Assembly: GCA_020137815.1 (NCBI GenBank)
Contig: CM035357.1
Location: forward strand, 5,580,001 to 5,644,000
Direction: 5' to 3'
Source of the DNA: Hormiphora californensis
Taxonomy: Eukaryota > Animalia > Ctenophora
Length of the DNA stretch: 64,000 bases
In this document: positions 23,690 through 64,000 of the stretch, one piece after another
How positions within the stretch are numbered: the stretch's first letter is position 1
Layout of the letters: the number at the start of each line of letters is the position of its first letter
The notes under the pieces: model-generated
Database searches by the model: none
Told to the model about the DNA's origin: nothing
What the model saw: the letters and a program-made list of their open reading frames with translations, nothing else
Made by a program: the position numbers and the translations under genes

Positions 23690-25411
23690 CTACGTACAAT
23701 GATGTGAGTGATGCAGTGACCAACATACACTACCCAGGGGGAGCAGTGTAACCAATGAGTTGTCGTTGGGACTCCTGTAGCCCCGAACTGGAGGGTGATC
23801 AGGTATACCATCCAGGAACTTGCCGAGAGAAACTTTGAGATCCTCTAGTGTTTCGCATCTTCGAACTTCTTTCGGCATCCTATTGAAGAGCTTGACTGAC
23901 CTCACTGAGAATGATCCTTCCCTGATGGTCTCAATTGAATCTTGGGCCGAAGTGTAAAGGTCCGGGTATTCAGCTAGGAGACCTCGCCGTGGATGAACCT
24001 TGAATGACTCGTCCACGGGCCTGGTGGTATGGTTCGGGACGAGTCCATGATATACTTTCCAGAGATGGATTATCATGAATCGCTCCCGTCGCCGTTGAAG
24101 TGACTGGATCCCCAGGAACTTGAGCCTCTCCCAGTAGTCCATCCCGATGCACTCCTCGATCCGCCGCGTAAAGAATCTCTGGACTCCCTCGAGCTTAGCG
24201 ATGTTACTAATCGTCGTGGGAGACCAGAGAGCCGAACAGTATTCTAGCTTTGGCCTGACCAATGCCTTGAAAAGTGTTATCATCGTTCGTTTCGACCGGT
24301 TTCTGAACACTCCGAGGGCCCATCCAGCGATCCTCTTGGCCTCTGTTGCGATGGTTGCGATGTGGAAATCGAACTTTCCATCCTCTGTCAGGTATATCCC
24401 AAGGTCTTTTACTCCGAATTCTGCTTCGATGATATCTCCGTTCGGGTTGAAGTAGAAATAGCATTCAGCATTGAAAGGTAGATCTCTCAGTGGCTTCGTG
24501 GAGTTTAACCTGTAATTCAGGACCTGAAACTTTTTCTCGTGGAGAGCCATGTTGTTCTTCCGGCTCCACTCCTCTATCAAGTTCAAGTCTCTCTGGAGGC
24601 TGTCCCTATCGTTCAGGTCCCTGATATCTTGACCAATCTTGGTATCATCAGCGAAAGTTCCAAGTTTTCCGGTCGTTCCTGATACCAGATCGGTAATGTA
24701 GATAATGAACAATAGTGGGCCCAAGACTGATCCTTGAATGACACTGCTGATCACCGCCTCCCTCCTCGATCTGCATCCTTCCAATACGACAGTCTGCGAT
24801 CTTCCTGTGAGAAAAGCTTGTATCCACATGAACAGCTTCCCAGTTACTCCATACCTTTGAAGCTTTTGAAGAAGGACTTGAATATCAACTTTGTCAAAAG
24901 CCTTCTCAAAATCTATGTAGGCTACGTCTACCTCTAGTCCACTGTTCAGACTCTCCAGAATCGTGTCGTAGTGTAACAGTAGCTGTGTGAGACAGCTCCG
25001 ACCAGCCCGAAAACCATGCTGCTCCTCATTCAGGATTCCACTGTTCTCCACGTAGTCCGAAAGTTGTGTCCTCACTACTCTCTCAAATGTCTTGACCAGA
25101 TGCGAAGTTAGTGCAACTGGGCGGTAGTTCTCTGGTTGACATTTGTTGCCCTTCTTGAAAATTGGGGCAATCTGCTGCTCCTTGAGTTGTTGAGGAATAA
25201 AGCCGGCCTCAAATGAGCGACTCCAGAGTTTCCATAACGGGTATGCCAGTACTCCTCTGCAGTCGTGGAGAATCTTTGCGGGAATATCTCCATCCGGCGC
25301 AGCAGAATGAGGATTCAGTTCCGCAAGGGCCTCCTCGATAGTAGATGGGTTAAAGATGATTTCTGAGATGCTCTCCTGTCGTTGAGCTATCCCCTCTAGG
25401 GCCTCGTCCAC
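23690..25411 (-). CDS. Reverse transcriptase portion of CR1-like ORF2
   Basis: 573-codon open frame with the non-LTR RT motifs and the CR1/L2-type C-terminus (VRPKLEYCSALWSP..LEGVQRFFTR..YWERLKFLGIQSLQRRR). Confidence 0.9.
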   Translation of the reverse strand: MDEALEGIAQRQESISEIIFNPSTIEEALAELNPHSAAPDGDIPAKILHDCRGVLAYPLWKLWSRSFEAGFIPQQLKEQQIAPIFKKGNKCQPENYRPVALTSHLVKTFERVVRTQLSDYVENSGILNEEQHGFRAGRSCLTQLLLHYDTILESLNSGLEVDVAYIDFEKAFDKVDIQVLLQKLQRYGVTGKLFMWIQAFLTGRSQTVVLEGCRSRREAVISSVIQGSVLGPLLFIIYITDLVSGTTGKLGTFADDTKIGQDIRDLNDRDSLQRDLNLIEEWSRKNNMALHEKKFQVLNYRLNSTKPLRDLPFNAECYFYFNPNGDIIEAEFGVKDLGIYLTEDGKFDFHIATIATEAKRIAGWALGVFRNRSKRTMITLFKALVRPKLEYCSALWSPTTISNIAKLEGVQRFFTRRIEECIGMDYWERLKFLGIQSLQRRRERFMIIHLWKVYHGLVPNHTTRPVDESFKVHPRRGLLAEYPDLYTSAQDSIETIREGSFSVRSVKLFNRMPKEVRRCETLEDLKVSLGKFLDGIPDHPPVRGYRSPNDNSLVTLLPLGSVCWSLHHSHHCT

Positions 25412-25414
25412 ATC

Positions 25415-28400
25415 TTCTTCTTCTTCTGGGAGGACGCTGGCTAGTGCGAAGCACTAGCCAGTAAGGGGTGGGTGCCATGAGGCTCCCGTTCCCCGTCCTG
25501 GGTGGTGTGGCTGGTATGTTGCCAACTGCTTCGGCCCAAGGAGACTTGGGGAGCTGGTGCCATACCAAGTCACAGGGGAAACCTCCCTTTAAGGGGTGGT
25601 TTCAGGGGGGTGAAGTATCTCCATCGCCTTCTTATAGAACGAGATCGTTTTTCTAAGGGGTTGATGGTGTCTAATTTCGTACATGCTGAGGCCCAGCCTG
25701 TCAAAGGATTCCTGTCGGAGTTTCCAAAGGGCGGGGCATTCAGTAAGTACATGCTTTATTGTCTCGTCTTCCATCCCACATGCTGCACAGGTTGTGGTCT
25801 CGACTTTTTTTAATTTTTTCATGTGGTAGTTAAGGTGGCAGTGCCCTGTGAGTAGGTGTGTCGCCGCCCTTAGGTCTGTTCTATTAAGTTTTTGAAGAGG
25901 TCTCTCATATCTTTCGGTCCACATCATGTCCATATGTTTGGTTTGTTTGATGGGTCCGGTTTTAACCTTCTCCCTGAGGGCTGCATAGGCTGCCGCTTTG
26001 GGAATTGGTATGAGAGTAACTTCTTCGATTTCCTGAGCACCCCTTTTTGCCAAGATGTCTGCTATTTCGTTTCCATCGTACCCTTGATGGGCCGGGATCC
26101 ATCTAATCATGACATCGTTGAATATGGCCAGGGTGTTCAGATTTTTGATAGTCTTTATCGTGGTTTTTGATCTGCATGTTGTGGAGTCTAGGGTCTTTAT
26201 TGTCCCTTGACTGTCACAGTTTATGAGTATTCGCTCGTTAGCTGTTCCCCTATCCAGGAGATATTGAGCCGTCTGTTGTATGGCATACATTTCTGCCGCC
26301 GGGACAGTTCCTTCGGGGCCTAGGTTATACGAATTTCGAGCTAGCTCTGTTTCGCCAGAGTGGATAATGTATCCTGCACCGGCATTGTTGTTAATTTTTG
26401 ACCCATCAGTGTGTGCAACTATCGTGTACTTGTCTCCATCCTCCAAAAACGTCTCCCTTTCTGGGATCTCTAACGAGAATTCCCTGTCTAGGGTGAGTTC
26501 CGGGGTTGTGAGATCGTGACATCTGCCCTCTGCTTCCAGAGTTCTGAGATCACGTGATACCGTATTGGCATGCGAAGTGAACACTTTTGGGGTCTTTAGG
26601 TCTGATTTTATTGGCCCTTCCCATTCTCCCGTTGCCATTAGGGTGTATGCAGTTTTGGCTGCACAGTACCTCAGATGGTCGGTGATCGGGGCGGTGTTTG
26701 TGATTGTGTCTAGGGCTGTTGATGGCGTCGAGGGCATGGCCCCAGTTACCATCTTGAGTGCTAGCCTCTGTACCCTTATCATGTTTTCTTTGTTTGTTTT
26801 GGTTCGCATTGCATTAGCCCAGACCATTGCCCCGTAGCATAAGGTGGGTCTCACTATTGCAGTGTATATCCATAGGGCCGTTTTAGGGTTTAGTCCCCAC
26901 GTGGGTCCCACCACTTTACGGCACTGCATCAGGATATTTTTTGCTTTTTTTATTTGTTTGTTTACGTGCTCGTTCCAGTTCAGTTTGCTGTCAAGGGTAA
27001 TCCCTAGAAACTTCGTGGATTCGGACACTTTGATAGGGTTACCCTGAATTTTGATCGGGTTTCCAATTTTCACATTTTTTCGATGGGTGAATATGACTAC
27101 ATGCGATTTCAGGGCACTTAGTTTGAGCCCTACTGTCTTACACCAGGCGTTTATGGAATTAAGCCCCTTCTGGGTCGCGTCCCTTAGAGGGAGTATGTCC
27201 GCAGAGGGTCCATTTCTTCCGGAGGGCATTGTGGTTGCTACTATATGACATAAGTCATCCGCAAAGCCCTGTAGTTCACCTGGTATATTCTTTTTGCTAT
27301 GGTTTAGTAGATCGTCCATTACCAGGTTCCATAGGAACGGGGAAAGTATTCCTCCCTGGGGACAACCCCGGGTGGCTCTTATAGTAAGGGACTCTTCCAT
27401 TAGGTTCGTGGTTATTTCGCGGTTTGAGATCATGTAGGTGATCCAGACCGCTGTTCTTTTGTCGCGTAGCTTTGCATGAAGGGCTCTTTCCATAGCTTGG
27501 AATGCCACATTATCGAAGGCTCCCTCGATGTCCAAGAACGTACCCAGGGCAATGCCCTTGTGCATGAGGGTGCCTTCGAGTTTGCGTACTACTTTATGGA
27601 GGGCTGTTTCTGTTGAAACGCCTCTTCTAAATCCATATTGCGACTTGTTTAATTTTTTGTGTACTTTTTGGTCTACCTCAATGTGCCATAGAATTAACCG
27701 TTCCATGAGTTTGTGGAGGTTTGACGCAAGGGTTATTGTTCGGTATGATTTAGGCATACGATAGTCGTCCTTTCCTGGCTTGGGCAGGTAGATGGCTTCT
27801 GCTTCCTGCCATGATTTGGGGGTTACCCCTAGACTGTACGATGCCTTAGCTATCTTTGCAAATGGTTCAGCAATAATGTCTGCTACTTTTTGCATCATGA
27901 TGGGCCTGATGCCATCCGGCCCAGCAGCTGTTAAGGGTTTAAATTCCCTCAGCGCCTTGATGATACGTGTTTTCGAGAATGTTTTTTCATCAGACCACTC
28001 CCCTTCTGGGCTTCAGTTTTGTCCTTGAGGGAGGGTCTAGTTGAGTGGTCCTCGCCAAAGTGAACCTCTGCCATTATCTGGAGGGTTTCTTTAGGGGACT
28101 GTGATAGTTCACCATTTGCGTCAAAGATACAGCTGAGATTATAATCTTTACTGTTCTTGAGCACTTGGCTAACCTTCTGGGCATCTGAATATGCATCGAG
28201 ATCTTCAGCCCATATTTTCCAGTTTTTAAATTTAGACTGGTTTTTGGTTTTTGTGTATTTGTTTCGAGCTGCTTTTGCTGAGTCCCAGTCCTGATGCACT
28301 TTCGTGGTCTGGGCGTGTCTCAGTTTATCAAACATTTCTTCCCTAGCTGCCTTGACCTCCCCACTGAGCCACGGGGGGTCTTTGGAGTGGGCGGAAACGT

Positions 28401-30261
28401 ATGTTTTTGGGGTACACTTGTAGTATGCCCACAGCATCAGTTCTATTAGTTTTTCGTTGGCTGTTTCAAGTTCTTCGGCATTTGATATTACCATTTCTGT
28501 CAGTCCTGTTTCTTCTAGGCCCTTTTCCACAAGTTGTCTATATAGGGCCCAGTTTGTTTTCTTAATATTGTAGAATGAGCGGATCTTGCTACCGTCCATG
28601 TCCCTCAACACAAATGTGATGGGTACGTGGTCGGATCTGCATTTTCCTTCTACTGTCTGCCAGTCTTGTATCATGTCCAGTGCATGGTTGTTGGTCATGG
28701 TAAGATCTAGCACATTTTTTCTTGTTCCATTGTCGAAAGTGTGGGGGCAATTCACGTTCGATACATGCAGATCAAGATCTACAATGGCATCTAATAGTGC
28801 ATCTCCCCTTTTCTTCCCAATAGGATCTTTAACCAGTGCCCCCCAACTAGTGTTGTGGGCGTTGGTATCAGATCCAATTACTAGTTTCAGGTTATTTCTT
28901 TTTGCGTGGGCTGCCAACTCTCCTAGTAATTTAGGAGGGCATTCTAGCTCTCTGTCCATGTACATTGAGCATAAAATGACTGATTTGGTGCCCAGTTTGA
29001 CAAGGATAGTGACTGTGTCCCTGTCAGTGAATTTGTCAAGGAGAAATACGTTCCTCCCTAGGTTACTATTGATTAAGATGCTCGCACGTGGTCTCTGAGC
29101 CCTTTTGTCATATAGGGCAGAGAATCCTCCGCTGGCTCTAACTTTAGATGTTTTCCCTATAATAGGTGGTTCTTGGGCTAGGATAATTTGTGATCGTGTT
29201 TGGTTACAGGTGATTATGTCATCCCATGCTTCATGACTTTTATGGAGGTTAATTTGTGTTACTCTGATGTTTTTACTTATTTTCTTGGCTGCTGAGGGTC
29301 CTGGAGGCGGCCCTAGACTTTGCTGCCCCTCCTTCTGGGGTGGGGGCGGCAGATTGTCTTGGGCTCCGCGGGCAGTGTTGGACCTCCCTGTCCCTTCCTT
29401 TCGGAGGGTCATTTGGATTCCACCTGCACTATTCGGGGCTGCGATTTGACTCTTCTGCACTTTCCCTGTCGCTACACTGCCCGAATCTCCATCATTTAGA
29501 AGGTCAGCTTCTCTTACGGGCGATAGTCCCGTTTTACAGGGGCTGGTGCCCTCATGTAATGGAGGGTGCTCCCCGGATAGAGGGTGCTCCCTGAAGGGCC
29601 CTCCTGGGATGGGGGCCCTGTGCGGAGTTGCTGAGAGTCCTCTAGCTATTTGGGGGAGATAAGGGTAGTGAGAGTCCTCACTTAGATGGTTTGTGAAGGT
29701 AATATAATTCTCCATATAGCATGGGATTATGGCGGGTCAGTAATGATATGCCCCGTTGTTTTAAAAGGGAAAGAAGAGACGCCTCGTGACCACGGAATTA
29801 AGGCCCCGTGGCCTGGGGTCGGCGAATTACACACCCTATTGGCCTATATATTGGTTCTTTAGTTAGGTTATGTAAGGTCGGGAGCAAGGGTAGCCCATTT
29901 GATTTGGGCATCCCTGTAGTTGCCCCGTCCCAAAACTTGGCTCTGGTAGTTACAGGGGAACGTAAAAGAGCCCCTGGGTAATAATATAATGAAGTGTTTA
30001 ACTCCGGTCTCTGCTGGTTTTCTACCATTGTACCTGGAGTGAATTTATTAGTAGTTTGGAATTTTTGAATCTTGATTAAGGGGTTGGGTTAGTCCATGTT
30101 AGATGGAGAGACCCATTACAGGGGGTGTGTGGTTTGTCCCCTGGGTATGCTCTCCAGAGATGGAGTCTTTAGACACTATCGCTAGCTACATCCCTTTTAG
30201 TAGGGTTGTGCTAGACGTTAGCCCCGGCCCGCACTCCATCAGGCGTAGGAAGGAATCTCAC
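25415..30261 (-). mobile_element. LOA/R1-like LINE (APE-RT-RNase H-CCHC) nested in the CR1
   Basis: 13-bp TSD CCTCGTCCACATC at 25402-25414 and 30262-30274; (GAA)4 3' tail; ORF2 split by a frameshift near 28010. Confidence 0.92.
25589..29715 (-). pseudogene. LINE ORF2 with one frameshift: AP endonuclease, RT, RNase H, zinc knuckle
   Basis: APE in 27949-29715 (QINLHKS, AQEP, SDTNAH, LDLT, SDH). RT in 25589-27898 (PKPGKDDY..SYRTITL, FLDIEGAFDNV, GCPQGGILSPFLWNL, GFADD, WGLNPKTALWIYTAIVRP). RNase H (TDGSK, AEMYAI, DSQ, WIPAHQGYDGNEIADILAK) and CAACGMEDETIKHVLTEC. The RT frame extends upstream to EGEWSDEKTFSK..TAAGPDGI. Confidence 0.9.
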
Positions 30262-30558
30262 CCTCGTCCACATCAACTGTTGTTGGGTCACTGAAAACCT
30301 TGACATACTGGTCCTGAAGGAGTTCAGCTTTCAGGACAGGGTCATCAGTCAGCGTGCCGTCTTCCTTCAGAAGGGGACCCACGTTTGTCTTGACTTTTCT
30401 CTTATTCTTGGCATAAGAGAAAAAGTACTTAGGGTTCTCCTTGATCTTCGAAACAGCTTCATCCTCTTCAGAGTTGATCTGCTTCAGAAGATGTTGTCGA
30501 ATTTCTTCCACACATCTCTGTACACGAGCAATTACAGCAGTGTCTGAGAAAATCGGGC

Positions 30559-30922
30559 GCCGGTACGATCTGGGTGTTTGGTGGCCTTTTTACAGGTGCA
30601 CGCTGCCAAAAAAGTTGATTCACTAAAATGGCTCTAAAGTCCGTTTCAAGCGACTTGACCCGGAATTCTTGGAATTTGGCGCATTGCGCGTGTATTTACA
30701 AAGGGGAAATCCTGAATTTCCAGGAATCTCGTTTGAAACGCACTTTAATCGCCAAACCACTCAACCGTTTTGGCTAATTCAAAGTTTATCTGGTAGGAAA
30801 TGTCAAGGCCTTTCCCGAACCCAAACCCAAACCCAAACCCTAATCCTAACCCTACTTTAGCCCTAACGCTGAAAAACCGTTTGTCAGCACTCACAGATCA
30901 ACACCCAGATCTTAACGCTGGC
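30559..30922. mobile_element. Unclassified non-autonomous element with imperfect IRs and a telomere-like internal microsatellite
   Basis: CGATCTGGGTGTT (30566) inverted against AACACCCAGATCTTAACGCTG (30900); internal CCCAAACCCAAACCCAAACCCTAATCCTAACCC. The same end motif recurs at about 23578-23599 and 32011-32031. Confidence 0.6.
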
Positions 30923-30954
30923 TTCTTCTGAAGCTCATACAGGTAATACGGACA

Positions 30955-31990
30955 TTGCTAGACCAGGCAGAACTCCAGAAGGACTTGGGAAATGTGAGTC
31001 AGTGGTCTCTGACTAATAATATGAGACTTCACGAGGAAAAATTTCAACTGGTAAACTACTCGCTAGGCAGATCTAAACTCCTGAGAGAGCTGCCTTTCGC
31101 TGCAGAAACCTTATCCTATGTTACTTCGGGAGGAACTGTGGTGGAGCCAGAGCAGCATGTAAAAGATTTGGGCGTTTGGCTATCGGCGGATGGTACGTGG
31201 ACTCATCACATTGGTGATATTGTGAGGAGAGCTAACATGATGGCAGGATGGATATTCTGTTCATTCAGGAGTAGATCCCGTGAGGTACTACTAACCCTAT
31301 ATAAGGCGTTGGTTCGACCCATTTTGGAATACTGCTGTTTGGTGTGGTGTCCAACGAGAATCGCTGACATCCAGGCAGTAGAGAACGTTCAACGGGCATT
31401 TACCCGGAAGATCCAAGGGATGAAGGAGCTGGACTATTGGCAGCGTCTAGAGGCGCTGGATCTCATGTCCCTCCAGAGAAGACGTCAACGATATGAGATG
31501 ATACACGTTTGGAAAATCTATCACGGGCTAGTACCCAACTGTGTGCAAATGGAGTTCCAGATTGGCCGGTTAGGAGTCCAGGCAAAGACACAGAAATACC
31601 CTTACTGGGCAGATTCCAAATGGGCAGGTCAGTTGTACAACTCGTTCAGCTTCAGGGCACCTCAACTATGGAACAGACTCCCTCGAGAGGTTACTCTTTC
31701 AGGCACACTTCCTGGGTTAAAGGCTAAATTGGGTGCATTCATGAAGCAATTCCATGACAGACCACCGGTGCGTGGCTACACGACGGTCCCAAATGATTTC
31801 AGAGAGGCAGGAAGAAAGAACGTTGTGTGAGGCTGTAAATGTTGTTTTGCTGCTCATGCTGTTTATGTTTTTATGTTAAGTAAGGGACTGTAAATAAACA
31901 ATTTGACAAGGAGGACCCACGCGATGGGAATTTCATCACGTTTTATGTATTGTGTAAAAATATAATTGAACTTGAACTTGAACTTGAAAT
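30955..31990 (+). mobile_element. 5'-truncated CR1/L2-group LINE 3' fragment (a different subfamily from the minus-strand copy)
   Basis: ORF 30955-31830 is an RT C-terminus (LQKDL..WSLTNNMRLHEEKFQ, KDLGVWL, LVRPILEYCCLVWCP, YWQRLEALDLMSLQRRR); (TTGAAC)n tail at 31966-31988. Confidence 0.88.
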
Positions 31991-32034
31991 TCACTAAGTA
32001 CTAACCCCAAAACCCAGATCTTAACGCTGGCCGA

Positions 32035-32290
32035 TTTTTTTCAAGGTCAAGTTTCATTTTTTGTATTGCTCATTCATCACATGCCATGCTGAAATTATGA
32101 ACGCGCGCGAAATAGGCATGTTCGCGCGTTACGTATAATCTTGCCAAATGCATCGTTTATTCACGACCCTTATGACGCCGCGCGCACAATTCAATAGCTT
32201 CCCAAAACGTTTAAACGCAAACGTTTGTTTTTTGAGGATTTTGAAGATAAAAGTAGCATCGATTTTAATTTTTACCGTGTCAAGTGTGAG
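32035..32290. repeat. Probable interspersed repeat upstream of the plus-strand gene
   Basis: Non-coding, CGCGCG-rich segment continuous with the TE nest; its minus-strand translation (KIKIDATFIFKILKKQTFAFKRFGKLLNCARG) is one I recall as a recurrent repeat-derived peptide (unchecked). Confidence 0.4.
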
Positions 32291-32495
32291 GTGCCTCGCT
32301 GGCCACCAGGATCTGCTGCAGATCCTAGTGGCCGGATCTCGACCAGCGCGGGGCAAAGTTCCCACAACTTGAATTTACACATTGTGCCAATCAATTCACC
32401 GGCCAAAACTATTTCTTCCAACGAGCCCAGTTATTCGAAAATTTACCCGCCCTTTAACAAAAATGCACTAACTACTAAATTAATACTTGTAGTTG

Positions 32496-61892
<29,397 letters not shown>

Positions 61893-62049
61893 GTATGTGA
61901 TTGTTACCATGGTTTCCATGGAAGTTCAGGGTAGGGTGGGATAAAGTTTCTGGGATCAAAATCGGGGGGAAATAAGCGGAATTGGTGGGGTTTACCCCGG
62001 GGGATTGAAAGTTGGTAGGGGTTGTTCTTGTTTAATTTATCATCTGGTA

Positions 62050-62470
62050 CTAATTGGAAGACTAAAAAGGTGGGGATTCTTGTTCAAAAGGGGCCCCGGG
62101 GGAAAACGGGAAAGGAAAAAGGGGCGGGGGGGGGGGGGGAAAGGGGAAAAAAGGGGAAAAAAAAAAATTTTTTAAAATTTTTTAAAAAAGGGGTTTTTTA
62201 AGGTAGGTTAAATTTTAAAAAATTTATTATATTTTTTTTATTTTTTATTATTTTTTAAAAAGTTTTTTTTTTTTTTTTTAAAAATTTTTAGGGAAAAGTT
62301 TTTTAAATTTTGATATTTGGGGGGGGGGGGGGGGGGGGGGTAAATTTTATTTTTAATTTTTTGGGGTTTATTTTTTTTTTTTTTAAAATTTTTTTTTCCC
62401 CCCCCTTTTTTTTTTTTCCTTTTTCTTTCTTTTCCCCCCTTTTTCTTCCCTTTTTTTTTCCCCCCTTTCT
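62050..62470. other. Probable low-quality consensus (homopolymer runs)
   Basis: Long alternating A, T, G and C homopolymers unlike the rest of the window. Confidence 0.75.
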
Positions 62471-63905
62471 ACCTTCCCTTTCTTGACTCGTTTCTCTATC
62501 TCCCTCTCTCTCTACTTTCGTTTTCGTGCAGCCTTGTGGTTGTATCGCATGTTTCAGGCATTTCACACTAAGAATCTATCTCCTGGATTTAAATCCAATA
62601 TAGCCTATTTTGCCGGTCCAGTGCACGCTAAGCATGCTATCTGAAAAAGAGTGAGAAAAAGGTAAAAATATAGGGAGAGGGAAAGCGAGAGAAAGTACGA
62701 AGTAGAGAGATAGAGGGGTGAGTGAGAGAAAGAGAAAGATGGAGGAGAGGTTTTGTTGCTTGATTTGTCATTTGTTCGTCCTGGTGTGGATCAATCACAT
62801 TTTTAATTTGTTCCTGTCACCCTTCATTCTGGTTAACTTCCTTTCACTCCCCCTCTCCCTCTTGGTCTCCCTCTTTCTGTCCATATCTATGTCTCTACAT
62901 CTTTCTCTCTCCCCATTTTTTTCAAGATATAATCTAATTCGATATCTGTCAACATTGCTGTATGGCTGAGTGAGTTTCATGCTCACTCTTAAGCATTAAG
63001 ACTCTGTCTATTTTTACATGCCAGCTCCATATTTATATTTTTATGAAGTTTTAATTTAGACGGGTAACGTGTCACCTAACTACCATGGTCCATGAATGCT
63101 AGTCTGTTCTTTGTTTTTAGATCTCCACTTCTCAGTCTGCCCTTGCTAGGAGACAGGAGAGTATGTTTACTTGTTTGTAGAGGACGTCATACCGGAACCT
63201 GAGATGTGTCGCCACACCGGACACTCCACAACTTGGCAAAAGTACAAGAAGTGGCACACTCGTTCCAGTCCATACACATCTGCTCCAGTTTCAGTAGTAT
63301 TCAGATCGCGTCGTGTGCTCGAGATTGTGAAATATAGTCGTCTCGTGAGCCACCTGTTACCCAATGTGATAGAAATGAAGAGAATAGTGTTGTTGTGTGT
63401 GAATATCTCTCAATTTTATTTGGTGTTAGCATAATAGTAGTCACCCTGTCGTATTAATTATCAGTTAAAAACCTTGCCCTCTATTTAGACACTGATCATG
63501 GTACATGTATGACTCATCTTTAGTCTGCGTGTGATTTGAGATCTCTCTTGTGCACATCGCGTGTGAGAGAGTGTTTTGAGCTGTGTCCTATTTCATAGTT
63601 TTTTTTCGATGTCAGCGCGGCTATTTCTCGAACCATGTTGCAGTCTATTTCATAGCTTTGTCTTGATGGTTTCGTAATATATCCCCCTTAGTTGATTGAT
63701 TTTGTGGGTCCTTTGGATGGCGTGTAAAAGAACTAAATGGAGTTTATTATACCCTTTTCTAGAACTGTAGTGTAGCATTCAATGGTGTAACCATTCTTAT
63801 ACAACTATATACTACCCTCCATTAAGATTTTTGCAATGGCTTTTTTGCAATCAATAGATGCTTGTTGTTCAGATTTGATTTAGTTTTGCTCAAAGACAAG
63901 TCCCT

Positions 63906-63950
<45 letters not shown>

Positions 63951-64000
63951 CCTCTCCCTCCCTCTCCCAAGCCAATCAATTGCACTTCTTGTCGGTCCAT

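Larger units (their letters stand above)
23611..30530 (-). mobile_element. 5'-truncated CR1/L2-group non-LTR retrotransposon, split by a nested LINE
   Basis: RT ORF 23690-25411 (NYRPVALTS, QHGFRAGRSC, DFEKAFDKV, QGSVLGPLLF, TFADD) plus upstream linker 30275-30520 (KIKENPKYFFSYAKNKRK..KAELLQDQYVKVFS). They rejoin in frame (VDVDE|ALEG) when the insert is removed. (TAAACTTG)n-type 3' tail at about 23606-23628; ATTACA at both ends (possible TSD). Confidence 0.9.

Noticed and set aside
30818-30868. Interstitial telomere
   Set aside because: Only a few degenerate CCCTAA/CCCAAA units inside an interspersed element.
63121-63434. Terminal exons of the plus-strand gene
   Set aside because: Acceptors at 63120 and 63180 are plausible, but the frame is ambiguous and the preceding low-quality stretch may hide exons.

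Overview
Intron-containing animal genomic DNA rich in (GA/CT)n microsatellites and MITEs. It is most likely a ctenophore: the 109-bp MITE at 18158-18266 translates as QEPTETSKQPIRTRYLGHVTGYQPIRDQYFL, which I recall from Pleurobrachia gene models (unchecked). Left third (173-23474): six co-oriented, closely spaced minus-strand genes in the order HP1/CBX, PDCD10/CCM3, KIAA2026/BRD10-like, two tandem C2H2 zinc-finger paralogs, and Bora (12 exons reconstructed with consistent phases). Each has an AG acceptor-like site just upstream of its ATG, which suggests an operon-like, SL trans-spliced unit. Middle (23.6-32.3 kb): a transposon nest in which a CR1/L2-group LINE is interrupted by a LOA/R1-like, RNase H-bearing LINE with a 13-bp TSD, plus a second CR1 fragment and MITEs. 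Right half: a long plus-strand gene of unknown function (32496 to at least 61892). Its long intron hosts four intronless nested ORFs, including a tandem pair of BK-beta (KCNMB)/TipE-like channel auxiliary subunits, and a palindromic Kolobok-like element. Two of this gene's 3' splice sites are amplified into minisatellites, one of them in frame. Two stretches (about 50.9-51.6 kb and 62.05-62.47 kb) look like low-quality consensus. All gene models are manual reconstructions without transcript data.
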